A DNA stretch of 62,978 nucleotides, filler included, from an uncultured Synergistales bacterium (GTDB lineage Bacteria > Synergistota > Synergistia > Synergistales > Aminobacteriaceae): assembly GCA_937897575.1 (NCBI GenBank). It is 6 parts of 6 records of this genome, joined end to end, with 100 filler letters (N's around TTAATTAATTAA, not from the genome) between each part and the next. Parts side by side here need not be neighbours in the genome. Positions count along the whole stretch, not along the records: positions 1 to 23,948 come from CALCQG010000050.1; 5 more parts are not named here. One strand, given 5' to 3'. This document shows, one piece after another, positions 8,314 through 17,981 of the stretch. The position numbers were made by a program, and so were the translations under genes. The notes under the pieces are model-generated. The model searched no databases and was not told where the DNA came from. It was given only the letters and a program-made list of their open reading frames with translations. Each line of letters opens with the position of its first letter. Within the stretch, counting starts at the first letter, position 1.

Positions 8314-9987
8314 ATGGACTGGAGTACGCAGCTTGGCGACGTTCTTATCGATATGGGGTACGTGACGCGGGAACAGCTCGACGAAGCCCTTGCGGAGCAG
8401 AAGAAGACGGGGAAGTTGCTGGGTCAGGTCCTCATCGCAAAAGGGTTCCTTTCCGAGGGGCGACTCGTCGAAGCCCTCGCCGCGCAACAGCAGCTGCCCG
8501 TCCTGTCCCTCTCCCGATACCGTCCCATGCCCGAGGCGGTTCGCCTGGTGCCCGAGAACGTCGCCAGACGTCTCAACATCGTCCCCCTCTCGCTGGAGAA
8601 CGACAGGACGCTGCTGGTCGCCATGGCGGACCCGAAGAACATCATGGCGCTGGACGAACTCAGGATGCTCACCGGTATGGATATCTCCGTCGGAGTCGCC
8701 GGGGCATCGGAGATCGACAGGACCCTGAGCCGGGTGTACACCATTCAGGAGTCCCTGGACGGCGCAGGCCTCGAGATCGTGAGCGGCGACATGCCCGACC
8801 TCGACCTCGCCCATGCCGCCGAAGAGGCGAACCCGGACGACGCCCCGATCATCCAGCTCGTGAACAGCGTCCTCGAGCAGGCGGTCCGGGAGGGCGCATC
8901 GGACATCCACGTGGAACCCTTCGAGAAAAACAGCAGGATCCGGTACCGCATAGACGGTCAGCTGTTCAGCGCTCTCGACTTTCCGAGAAAGGTGCACCCC
9001 GCCGTCGTGTCGAGGCTGAAGATCATGTCCGGCATGGATATATCGGAGAAGCGCCGCCCTCAGGATGGACGGATCCTCATCCGCGTCCTCGGCAGGAGGG
9101 TGGACCTTCGCGTTTCGTCGCTGCCGACCATCTACGGCGAGAAGATGGTCCTCCGCATCCTGGACCAGGCGAACGCCATGGTGGGGCTTAAAAAGCTCGG
9201 CCTGGCCGAAGAGGACAAGGCGCTCGTGGACTCGGTGTGCAACGCGCCCTATGGCATCGTCCTCGTGACGGGGCCGACAGGCAGCGGGAAGTCCACGACC
9301 CTGTACTCCATCCTCGAACAGATCAACAGCCCCGAGGTCAACGTGGTCACCGTGGAGGACCCCGTGGAGTACACCATCTCCGGCATAGGGCAGGTCCAGG
9401 TGAACGAGCGCACCGGCCTCGGCTTCAACTCCGCCCTCCGGTCCATCCTCCGTCAGGACCCGGACAAGATCCTCGTGGGCGAGATCCGGGACGGCGAGAC
9501 GGCCCAGCTTGCCATCCGGGCGGCCCTCACCGGACACCTGGTGCTCTCGTCGCTCCACACGAACGATGCCCCCAGCGCAACGATCCGCCTTGTGGACATG
9601 GGTCTCCAGCCCTTCCTTGTCTCCTCCTCCCTGCTCATGGTCATCGCCCAGCGGCTGGTCCGTCGCCTGTGCTCCCAGTGCAGGCAGGAGTACGTCATGC
9701 CGCCGGAGCTCTGCGCGGACCTGCACGTCCCGGCGGGGACGAAGGCGTGGCGTCCCGTGGGGTGCAACGACTGCCGGGGGACGGGGTACAAGGGGCGGTC
9801 GGCCATCTTCGAGATCATGGAGATGAACGATGCCATCCGAAAGCACGTCGTGGAGGGAGCCGCGTCGACCGTCCTGCGCCAGGCGGCCATAGCCAACGGA
9901 ATGAGAACCCTCCGCCAGTCCGGTATAGCGAAGATCCTCTCCGGTGTGACAAGCGTCGAGGACGTTCTGACCACCACCTTCGAATAG
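8314..9987 (+). CDS. pilB: Type IV pilus assembly ATPase (PilB/GspE family)
   Basis: ASDIHVEP, Walker A GPTGSGKSTT, RQDPDKILVGEIRD, TGHLVLSSLHTN, Zn motif CSQC..CNDC; N-terminal LGDVL..LGQVL MshEN-like repeats. Confidence 0.93.
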   Translation: MDWSTQLGDVLIDMGYVTREQLDEALAEQKKTGKLLGQVLIAKGFLSEGRLVEALAAQQQLPVLSLSRYRPMPEAVRLVPENVARRLNIVPLSLENDRTLLVAMADPKNIMALDELRMLTGMDISVGVAGASEIDRTLSRVYTIQESLDGAGLEIVSGDMPDLDLAHAAEEANPDDAPIIQLVNSVLEQAVREGASDIHVEPFEKNSRIRYRIDGQLFSALDFPRKVHPAVVSRLKIMSGMDISEKRRPQDGRILIRVLGRRVDLRVSSLPTIYGEKMVLRILDQANAMVGLKKLGLAEEDKALVDSVCNAPYGIVLVTGPTGSGKSTTLYSILEQINSPEVNVVTVEDPVEYTISGIGQVQVNERTGLGFNSALRSILRQDPDKILVGEIRDGETAQLAIRAALTGHLVLSSLHTNDAPSATIRLVDMGLQPFLVSSSLLMVIAQRLVRRLCSQCRQEYVMPPELCADLHVPAGTKAWRPVGCNDCRGTGYKGRSAIFEIMEMNDAIRKHVVEGAASTVLRQAAIANGMRTLRQSGIAKILSGVTSVEDVLTTTFE

Positions 9988-10433
9988 GCCGGAGGACCAG
10001 TCACCCCCTTCGACAGGGTGTACGGCATGCCTGCCTCGGATAGCGAGGTCAGGCCATTGTCTGTTGTATGCAAATGACGGACCCCACCATTCATTATCTT
10101 TCCCTCAATGAGATTGTTTGCCTGCGCGTATATTTCTCGTCGCGCAGTGCCCCGATGGAGGAAAAAATTCCCGACCCGCCCACGGACGGCCTTTTTATCA
10201 CAGGCTGTCCCTTTGACGAGGACACGATTTCAGGGGGGGGTGAGAAAAGATCACCCTCCCCATCTCCGGGGCGATGCTCTATAAGGCCTTCGATGTGCTG
10301 CGGAAAATGCTTTTTGTCCGTTAGCTCTTTAACTAGGAAGAGGCCTCGGGAAGCCGGTTGCGGAAGTGCCGACGCAGAATGTTTTCTCCACAAGATATTG
10401 AGCAGAATCACGGAAAAAAGGTGGAAGTGCCCG

Positions 10434-11660
10434 ATGGAATTTCGGTACAAGGCGAGGTCTCGCGACGGCAACGTAGTGGAGGGCATAATCCAGGGCGCTT
10501 CTCTTGATGCCGCCGTCGCGTCCGTTCGGGAGAGGGGGCTCGTCCCCATCACCCTCGAGAGCCGCTCTGCATCCGCCCTCACCACGAAACGCAAGGGCGG
10601 CCTGTTGGATACCCTTCGTACCATAGGGACCGTGCCGCTCCGCGAGAAAGTGATCTTCTTCAGGCAGCTGGGCACTATGGTCCGGGCGGGCGTCACGCTG
10701 GGCGACAGCCTCGCCATCCTGACGGAGCAGACGAAGAACCCCCGCCTCGCCGAAGCGATCCGGAGGACGAAGCTTGCCGTCGACAGCGGGATGGCCCTCA
10801 GCGCGGCGATGCGTCTTCGAAGCGAGTTCAATCCTCTCATGGTCTCCATCGTGGCGGCGGGTGAGGAGAGCGGAACCCTGATCGAGAGCCTCGACCGCCT
10901 CGCCAACTTCCTCGAGCGCCAGGACGAGCTGAGGCGCAAGATCATCTCGGCCATCACCTACCCTGCGGTGATCATCCTCTTTGCCGTATTCATCCTCTAT
11001 ATCCTCGTCACGGTGGTCATGCCCAAGTTCTCCACCGTCTTCACGGGGATGGGCATTCAGCTGCCCAAGGTGACGCTCCTCGTCTTCGACATGTCAAACT
11101 GGCTGGTGACGTACTGGTATGTGCCTCCCCTCGTCGTGGGTGCACTGGTCGTTCTTCCCGTCCTTATGAACAGAAATCCGGCCACCAAGCCCATGATCGA
11201 CAGGGCGAAACTGAAGCTCCCCCTGGTCGGAGATATCTTCTACAAGAGCGCCATGGCGAGATCCAACCGGACGCTTGCCTCCCTCATGGAATCCGGTGTC
11301 CCCATTCTGAAGGCCCTCGAGATGACCGCCGAGGTCACGGACAGCGCCCCCATCGGCGAGGCCTACCTGAAACTCCGGGACTCGGCGAAGAAGGGCGGGA
11401 GCCTTGGCGACACGGCCAGGACGATCTCCGTCTTCCCCATCATGATCGCCCATATGATGAAGGTGGGCGAGGAGACGGGGCAGCTCGGCGCCATGCTCGA
11501 CAAGGTCGCAGGATGGTTCGAAGTGGAGCTCGACGAGAAGGTCAAGCGCCTCACGTCCCTTCTCGAACCGCTGCTGATCATCGTCGTCGGCGGCATTGTG
11601 GCCGTGGTGGCCCTTGCCATATTCACGCCCATCGTCACGGCCATCCAGGCCATGATGTAG
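10434..11660 (+). CDS. pilC: Type IV pilus inner-membrane platform protein
   Basis: MEFRYKA start; two T2SSF repeats (FFRQLGTMVRAGV, AGEESGTL, GEETGQL..LEPLLI). Confidence 0.92.
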   Translation: MEFRYKARSRDGNVVEGIIQGASLDAAVASVRERGLVPITLESRSASALTTKRKGGLLDTLRTIGTVPLREKVIFFRQLGTMVRAGVTLGDSLAILTEQTKNPRLAEAIRRTKLAVDSGMALSAAMRLRSEFNPLMVSIVAAGEESGTLIESLDRLANFLERQDELRRKIISAITYPAVIILFAVFILYILVTVVMPKFSTVFTGMGIQLPKVTLLVFDMSNWLVTYWYVPPLVVGALVVLPVLMNRNPATKPMIDRAKLKLPLVGDIFYKSAMARSNRTLASLMESGVPILKALEMTAEVTDSAPIGEAYLKLRDSAKKGGSLGDTARTISVFPIMIAHMMKVGEETGQLGAMLDKVAGWFEVELDEKVKRLTSLLEPLLIIVVGGIVAVVALAIFTPIVTAIQAMM

Positions 11661-11778
11661 GGGAGCAAGGACGAAAGGAGGCGATTCCCCGGGAACGATT
11701 TGGGGAAAACGTGAACGAAACTGGCGGCTGCCCTTTGTGGAACGCACTGAAATCTCTCATATCAGGAGGAAGAAGACA

Positions 11779-12240
11779 ATGAAGAAAATGCTTAAGCGAC
11801 GCTCCGGATTCACCCTTGTAGAACTGCTCATCGTCATCATCATCATCGGCATCCTCGCAGGTGCCATGCTGCTGGTGGCCGGGAGCGGCACCGACAAGGC
11901 CGAGGCCACGAAGATCGTCTCGAACCTGCGTACCCTGAAGAGCGCCACGCTGTTGTACTACGCCGATAAAGTCGGAGGAAGTACCGTTGCCGTTCCTACG
12001 GACATAGGCGATCTCGCACCGTACATGGATAGAACAGCCGATGGCCTTAGCGATTATGTTATTGACGACGCAACGACAGCATCCGGCGATATTATATGGT
12101 ATGTGGGAACTGAAAAAGTGACCTCTACCGGAGTCCAGAGTAAGCTGGCGCCAATGGCGGTAGCGGACGGGCTGTTCAGCGATAAAGCTTGCGAAACGAA
12201 GTACGAGAGCGGCAGCAACGTGTACATGAGAGCTCGTTAA
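11779..12240 (+). CDS. pilA: Major type IV pilin (class III signal peptide)
   Basis: MKKMLKRRSG|FTLVELLIVIIIIGIL; strong RBS AGGAGG; own downstream hairpin. Confidence 0.85.
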   Translation: MKKMLKRRSGFTLVELLIVIIIIGILAGAMLLVAGSGTDKAEATKIVSNLRTLKSATLLYYADKVGGSTVAVPTDIGDLAPYMDRTADGLSDYVIDDATTASGDIIWYVGTEKVTSTGVQSKLAPMAVADGLFSDKACETKYESGSNVYMRAR

Positions 12241-12260
12241 CCAAAAGAAAACTGGGGTGG

Positions 12261-12281
12261 GGGGCAGGGTCTCCCTGCCCC
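12261..12281 (+). terminator. Stem-loop after the major pilin (terminator or mRNA-stabilising hairpin)
   Basis: GGGGCAGGG-TCT-CCCTGCCCC; weak U-tract. Confidence 0.55.
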
Positions 12282-12552
12282 ATTGTGGTATACCCAAAAT
12301 TACCTATTGTCTCACGTTGTCAGGAAAGTAATTACCGACAACTGATGGTCGTCAGTGGATTAGAGATGTCAAACTAAGTGAGGTATCGCTTTCTCAAACG
12401 AGATTTGGACGGAGACAGGAAGCCATGGGGCAAAAAGAACAGAAAAGGCATGACGAATACCTTGAATAGAGTCTCTGCTTTTGCGCCAAGTGAAATAGAT
12501 TGATTGTGTCAGTTGTATTGTGTGTTTGTTGGTACCATACGGTGGTGAAATC

Positions 12553-12957
12553 ATGATGAAAAGAGTGCAGCGAGAGGAGTACCGTCAATGCAGGGCGGGG
12601 TTTGCTCTTGTCGAGACGATGATTGCCCTCGTCATCCTTGCGGTGGCGCTTCTTACGCTGGCCATGGTCCCTCTGATGACGTCCAAAGTCGGCATACAGA
12701 CGGCCCGGCGGGAGCGGGCCACGGCCCTTGCCGTGCAGACGCTCGACGTCCTGGAGGCCGGGGCGGCGAACGAGGCCGTCGACAGGTCCGAGGTCGTGAG
12801 CGGCGACTATACGATTCTGTCCGTCAAGCCGGCCTACGGCGCGGCGAACTACCGGGCGGCCGTCACGGTGACCTGGGGTGGCGTCACGGGGGCAACGTCC
12901 CTGACCATGGAGCGTGACCTGAGCAAGTTTTCGGACCTGACCAGGGGGACGAAATGA
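12553..12957 (+). CDS. Minor pilin (PilV-like)
   Basis: RAG|FALVETMIALVILAVALL prepilin motif. Confidence 0.8.
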   Translation: MMKRVQREEYRQCRAGFALVETMIALVILAVALLTLAMVPLMTSKVGIQTARRERATALAVQTLDVLEAGAANEAVDRSEVVSGDYTILSVKPAYGAANYRAAVTVTWGGVTGATSLTMERDLSKFSDLTRGTK

Positions 12958-13868
12958 ACCGCTTCCGGCGCCGACGAGCCTTCACCCTGGTGGAAATCCT
13001 TCTCTCCGTCATCATCCTGGGGCTGGTGATGGCGGCAATCCTGCCGCTCTTCTTCTCCGTCCTCTCGAGCTACGAGTTCCACCAGGACATCGCCTGGGCG
13101 AAGCAGCGGGGGCAGATCGCCGTGGCATCGATCCAGCCCATGGCCCTCGCGGCTGGGCTCGGCATGCCGAACAGGACCTCCGATCTCCAAAAGGCCTTTA
13201 TCGGGCTCGACGCCGTCGTCCCTTCGGACGAGACGAAAAGGTTCAGGCAGACGGTCCAGCTCGCCTCGGGCGATGTGGTCGTCCCAAATAACGCGACGGA
13301 GGGGTCCGAGTTGTGGCTCCTGTACTCCGTGCCAAGTGGCTGCGGCGTGAACTTCGAGCGCCACGTCCCGGAGAACGGGACGGTGACGCTTCGGCGCAGC
13401 GATAAGGAGATCGAAAACATCGATGCCCTCGACGGCTCGGTGCAGGTGGGCAAAGGGGCCTTTGCAGGCTGGCTCGCGTTCCCGGGCAGCCTGTCTCCCC
13501 TCTCGGTCAGCGGGATAGACACCGGCGCCGGGGTGCTCAGTCTCGCTTCGGAGCTGGATACGACGATCCGGGCCTTTGATGAGGCCCACTACGTCCGGGG
13601 GGCGAAGATCGGGGTCCGGAACGGACGGCTCGAAGTAAACCGGTTGGATCGTACGGGCGATCAGCCCGTCGTGGAGGGGATATACGGCATGCGGTGCACC
13701 TACGACCCCGAGGGCGATCGCGTTCTGACGGTCCGCATCCTCGCTCGGGGGATCGTCCGCCGGGACGGCATTCTGACGAGCGATGTGGACGGATGGGGTG
13801 ACATAGGAGCGCTCGACAGACACTATCGCTACGCCGTGGTCTCCAAGAGCTGGAGGGTGCGAAATTGA
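12954..13868 (+). CDS. Minor pilin (PilW-like)
   Basis: RRRA|FTLVEILLSVIILGLV prepilin motif; large globular domain. Confidence 0.8.
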   Translation: MNRFRRRRAFTLVEILLSVIILGLVMAAILPLFFSVLSSYEFHQDIAWAKQRGQIAVASIQPMALAAGLGMPNRTSDLQKAFIGLDAVVPSDETKRFRQTVQLASGDVVVPNNATEGSELWLLYSVPSGCGVNFERHVPENGTVTLRRSDKEIENIDALDGSVQVGKGAFAGWLAFPGSLSPLSVSGIDTGAGVLSLASELDTTIRAFDEAHYVRGAKIGVRNGRLEVNRLDRTGDQPVVEGIYGMRCTYDPEGDRVLTVRILARGIVRRDGILTSDVDGWGDIGALDRHYRYAVVSKSWRVRN

Positions 13869-14521
13869 CGGGGCGAGACCAACGCTCTCGGCGTCCTGCC
13901 GGACATCGACGGTCAGCCATGGCCCTCGCCATGGTGCTGATTCTGCTGCTTGTGGCGGGCGGCATCGTCGCCGTCGGCATGTACATCGTCGAGAACATGC
14001 TGGCCAGCTCCACCATGAAGAACGACGGCGAACTGCGGATGAACGCCGCCCTTTCGGGGATCGAGCGGGGCAAAGAGTGGATCGTGGAGCGGATCACCGG
14101 AGGCGTCATCCCCAGAATGCGGGAAGTGGACGGGGAGTGGCTTGTCACGTCAGACGACCTCGTCGCCTCGGGCGACGTTCCCTTCGAGCGCCTGGTGGCC
14201 TACGACGGGAGCGGTGCTTCCGGGGCCCTGGACGTCTACCAGTGGCAGGGGGCCGACGTCCGGGTCGTGATCTACGACGTGGCCTACGAGGTCGGTTCGG
14301 GCGTGTCGTTCAGGGACGGCATGCCGCCCAGCATCCGATGGGTGGACAGCACCGAGGGGATGAGCGCCGGGCAGACCCAGTCCTATCTCAGCTCGAACCG
14401 GGGCGGCTCCACAGGGGGTGTCGGCCCGGAGGGAGAGATGGGCTTCTATCTTATCCGAAGCACCGCCACGATGAAGGGGATCGACGTCACCGTGGAACAG
14501 GGCGTCGTCATGAGAAAGTGA
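13865..14521 (+). CDS. Minor pilin (PilX-like, lacks Glu5)
   Basis: RRSA|MALAMVLILLLV hydrophobic N-terminus, NAALSGIERG motif; position between PilW-like and PilY1. Confidence 0.7.
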   Translation: MTGRDQRSRRPAGHRRSAMALAMVLILLLVAGGIVAVGMYIVENMLASSTMKNDGELRMNAALSGIERGKEWIVERITGGVIPRMREVDGEWLVTSDDLVASGDVPFERLVAYDGSGASGALDVYQWQGADVRVVIYDVAYEVGSGVSFRDGMPPSIRWVDSTEGMSAGQTQSYLSSNRGGSTGGVGPEGEMGFYLIRSTATMKGIDVTVEQGVVMRK

Positions 14522-14561
14522 CGCGGTCCTCCGAGAACAGATCGGGAGAGGGGGGAGAGGC

Positions 14562-17500
14562 ATGATCGTGCGAAGGGATTCCATCAGAAGAAGAGGGTCT
14601 TTATTTTTTATTTTTGTCCTGTGCGGCCTTATGGCCTGCCCAGCGTCGTCGATGGGTGCCCCGCTGCACTCCTTCGCCAAGCTCGAACGGGTGCCCGTGG
14701 AGCCGAACGTGCTCTTCTTCCTCGACTCGAGCGGATCCATGCTGTGGCCCATGGATGCGGGGGCCGACGAGCGGGGAGCGGCCTCGTGCACCTTCGGCGA
14801 CGGGACCCTGGGGTGGCAGCAGGACGGACGGCACGCGTTCCTTCAGGAGTACTACGGCCGGGATATGGACAAGGACGAGGAAGTCAACAATAACAAACTG
14901 GACGATCCGGATAACTATCACCCCCTGCTTCGGTGGGAGCGCGGAGGCGCCGAACCGGCGGACAGCTCGGACACGCTCATGCCGAACGACAGCCGGGGGT
15001 ACAAGGCGAAGCTCGTCCTGTGGCGCATATTCAACGACCAGACGCTCATCGCCGGCACGCGGATCGCCTTCGCCACCTACATGCAGACCTTCACCGGCCA
15101 TGATGATACGGCGGCGGACTGGTACCGGTATCCTCACAAAGGATATCCTCTCACAAAGGGAAACGACGCTTCCCCGGGCGGGATCTACTCCTATTATAGC
15201 AACTACGACTCGTTCAACAGATTCCGGCGGGAGGACGAGGATGAGGGTGACTACCTCACCCCCCCGCCGGACCCCTCCCTCGGTCCCAAGAGCGGGTACC
15301 GGAACAGCTGGCTCGTGGCATCGGGCGTGCTCATCGATGAGAACAGGGCGAGCAAGAGGGCGCTCCTGCGGTCCGATTTCCGCTCCTACATCGACTCCAA
15401 CGGCCTGCTGCAGGAATCCCTGCTTCGGAGCAAGCTGCTCAAGTGGATCGACGGGACGGAGGCCTACACCGATGCACAGTGCACGCCGGACAAATACCAC
15501 CTCGGCAACCCCGAGATCCGCTTCGACGGGTGGCGCCCCATGTGCGAGGCGATCGCCAACGCCGATGCCGTGAAAAACCTGACAGATCCCTCAACATCCC
15601 TTTCGTATGAAGGGTCTCGGGAGGGGGACGTAGCGGACTTCTTCGCAATGACGAATCCTCGGGTCATCACGGACTACTGCCAGGGGAACTGGCTCGTGCT
15701 CCTCACGTCGGGGGGGCAGTACTACGGGGACGACGATGATCTGATCGAGTCGGTCGTGGGTCTGTACAACTCCACAGCCAAGATGAAGGTCAACGGACAA
15801 ACGCCGAGGCCCGTGCGGACCATGGTGCTGGGGTTCGTGGACCCCAAGAGCACGGACTCGGCTGTGACGGCCCTGAGGGACAAGCTGAACAGGGTAGCGG
15901 ACGCGGGAGACGACGGGGTGGAGAACGGGAGCGCCACGGCCCATTTTGCCACCGATGTCCCCAATATGATAAAGGCCCTGCGTCAGATCATGTACTACAT
16001 CAAGGGGCAGGGGGCGGCGAGCGGAGCACCTCTCGTCTCATCGAGCAAGACGGGGGGCGAGGGGTACTACTATCAGGCCCGCTATCAGCCGGTGAACGGC
16101 AAGCAGTGGAAGGGAGACCTCGTGAAGCTCGTACGGGCTGAAACGGCCTACAGTGAGGCGTGGTCGGCCCAGAGCGTGCTCAACGGAGTGGGCTGGGACA
16201 GAAGAAGGGTCTACACGGCCGTTCCCGGTCCCTCGGCGGACCTGGGGAACCTGACGAGGTTCACCGACGGCAACGCGGCGAAACTGGCCCCCGTCCTGGG
16301 GCTCGAGGAGGCGCAGGCTACCCGGTTTGCCCGATGGCTTCTCGGAAAGGACGAGTACGACGAGAACAAGAACGGCTCCACAGCCGACGAGCACAACAAG
16401 CTCTTCGACATCTACCACAGCGGCATGGTCAGGGTCGGCCCACCCGATGCCTCCATCGCCGAGATGGCGTACAGGAACTTCCTGACGGCGAACAGCAAGA
16501 GGGACCGCCTGATCTACATTCAGGCGAACGACGGCATGGTGCACGGCTTCAACGACTCGGACGGCGGAGAGCGGTTCGCCTTCATCCCGCCGAACGTGCT
16601 CGAGTCCGGGCGGCTTCGCGGGCTCCAGTGGGACGATATCGGCAGGAGATACGAGACGTCCACGACCTACCCGCGATACCTGGCGGACGGCCCGCTCGTG
16701 GCGGAGGACGTGCAGGTGGACGGGGAGTACCGGACGCTCCTCATGGGGCTGCTCGGCCTCGGCGGGGCGGGGATGTACGTTCTCGACGTGACGGACCCCG
16801 ACACCCCGTTCTTCCGGTGGGCCGTGGAGAACGCTGTTTTCCAGCTCTACGACACGAAACTGCTCACGCAGAACGAGGCGTCGGTGCGCTTCTGGCAGAG
16901 CGGAGCGGGCTCGTCCGTCTCGACGACGGAGTACCTTCACAAGGACATCGGGACGAACGAGGAGGTGGACTACCGGGCGCTGCGCTTCACCGTGAGCACG
17001 CCCTTCATCGGATACCTGGACCGTGAGGGCAGCAGGGAGTGGGCGTTCGTCATGGGGAACGGCAGCTCCAGGGATGTCACCGGCGAGGGGCAGAACATCG
17101 GCGTGGTCTACGTGGGGAGGATGGCGGACGGAACAATCCTTCGGGCCCTTACGGGCCCGCAGGCGCAGCGCTTCGTCTCCCCGGTGGTTGTGCTCTACGA
17201 AGGGGTCCGGAGGAGGATCGGCACCTTCTTCATCGGTGATATGGGGGGGCGGATTTTCAAGGGCGTTCTTGCGGACAGCAATCCGACGAACTGGCCGGAT
17301 CTCCTTCCGGTGTTCCAGCTGACGGCCGGAGTGGGGCTGTCCTACAGCCTCGACTGCACCGTCATCGATGGGAGCACGTGGCTCTATGCCGGGACGGGGG
17401 ATATGGAGGGCTATCTGGGCACCCAGTCGACTGTGGACTTCTTCGTGGCGGCCAATCTGACCGCCGGCGCAACGAAACAGAACGAGCTGACGGCCGTCAC

Positions 17501-17930
17501 GTCGTCCAACCCGACGAGCATCAACGCGAAGGGCTGGTATATCGAGTTTGAACGGGGTGAACGCATGACGACCCCTCCTCTTGTCTACAACGGCTACGTC
17601 TCTTTCGCCACGTTCACCCCCGACGAGGATATCTGCTCCACCTCCGGGACGTCGAACGTCTACCTTCTGAACGGCACGAACGCCGCGGGGGGCTGGGGAG
17701 GCAACGTTCAGAAGGTGACGCTGACGGATGTGCTGGTGAGCGGATTGTCCATCTCCGATGGGAAGATATCCCTGGGGGTGACCCTTCTGAAGAGCGATGC
17801 CGATCTCCAGAGGTTCACCTCCCAGGACGGCAACATGGCCGTCACCGATATACCGGAGGAGGTACAGAACAACTCCTTCCTCGCTCCGGCGAGCAAGAAG
17901 ATGCTCCCGTTCTACTGGAAGAACCGATGA
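14562..17930 (+). CDS. pilY1: PilY1/PilC-type pilus tip adhesin (vWA-like N-domain plus beta-propeller)
   Basis: Signal peptide, PNVLFFLDSSGSM (MIDAS-like), WKGDL, LFDIYHS, ANDGMVHGF..GERFAFIP, GWYIEF..GER. Confidence 0.85.
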   Translation: MIVRRDSIRRRGSLFFIFVLCGLMACPASSMGAPLHSFAKLERVPVEPNVLFFLDSSGSMLWPMDAGADERGAASCTFGDGTLGWQQDGRHAFLQEYYGRDMDKDEEVNNNKLDDPDNYHPLLRWERGGAEPADSSDTLMPNDSRGYKAKLVLWRIFNDQTLIAGTRIAFATYMQTFTGHDDTAADWYRYPHKGYPLTKGNDASPGGIYSYYSNYDSFNRFRREDEDEGDYLTPPPDPSLGPKSGYRNSWLVASGVLIDENRASKRALLRSDFRSYIDSNGLLQESLLRSKLLKWIDGTEAYTDAQCTPDKYHLGNPEIRFDGWRPMCEAIANADAVKNLTDPSTSLSYEGSREGDVADFFAMTNPRVITDYCQGNWLVLLTSGGQYYGDDDDLIESVVGLYNSTAKMKVNGQTPRPVRTMVLGFVDPKSTDSAVTALRDKLNRVADAGDDGVENGSATAHFATDVPNMIKALRQIMYYIKGQGAASGAPLVSSSKTGGEGYYYQARYQPVNGKQWKGDLVKLVRAETAYSEAWSAQSVLNGVGWDRRRVYTAVPGPSADLGNLTRFTDGNAAKLAPVLGLEEAQATRFARWLLGKDEYDENKNGSTADEHNKLFDIYHSGMVRVGPPDASIAEMAYRNFLTANSKRDRLIYIQANDGMVHGFNDSDGGERFAFIPPNVLESGRLRGLQWDDIGRRYETSTTYPRYLADGPLVAEDVQVDGEYRTLLMGLLGLGGAGMYVLDVTDPDTPFFRWAVENAVFQLYDTKLLTQNEASVRFWQSGAGSSVSTTEYLHKDIGTNEEVDYRALRFTVSTPFIGYLDREGSREWAFVMGNGSSRDVTGEGQNIGVVYVGRMADGTILRALTGPQAQRFVSPVVVLYEGVRRRIGTFFIGDMGGRIFKGVLADSNPTNWPDLLPVFQLTAGVGLSYSLDCTVIDGSTWLYAGTGDMEGYLGTQSTVDFFVAANLTAGATKQNELTAVTSSNPTSINAKGWYIEFERGERMTTPPLVYNGYVSFATFTPDEDICSTSGTSNVYLLNGTNAAGGWGGNVQKVTLTDVLVSGLSISDGKISLGVTLLKSDADLQRFTSQDGNMAVTDIPEEVQNNSFLAPASKKMLPFYWKNR

Positions 17931-17981
17931 TGGACGATACACGACGTTTTAATCTTAAGGTCTGCGGAGGGCGGGTGTGAC

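Noticed and set aside
7972..9846. Long antisense ORFs (here and opposite pilY1, pilQ, mfd, glyS and others)
   Set aside because: Expected shadows of high-GC3 codon usage; no recognisable motifs
11721..11740. Possible sigma-54 promoter upstream of the major pilin (CTGGCGG...)
   Set aside because: No TTGC at the required -12 position
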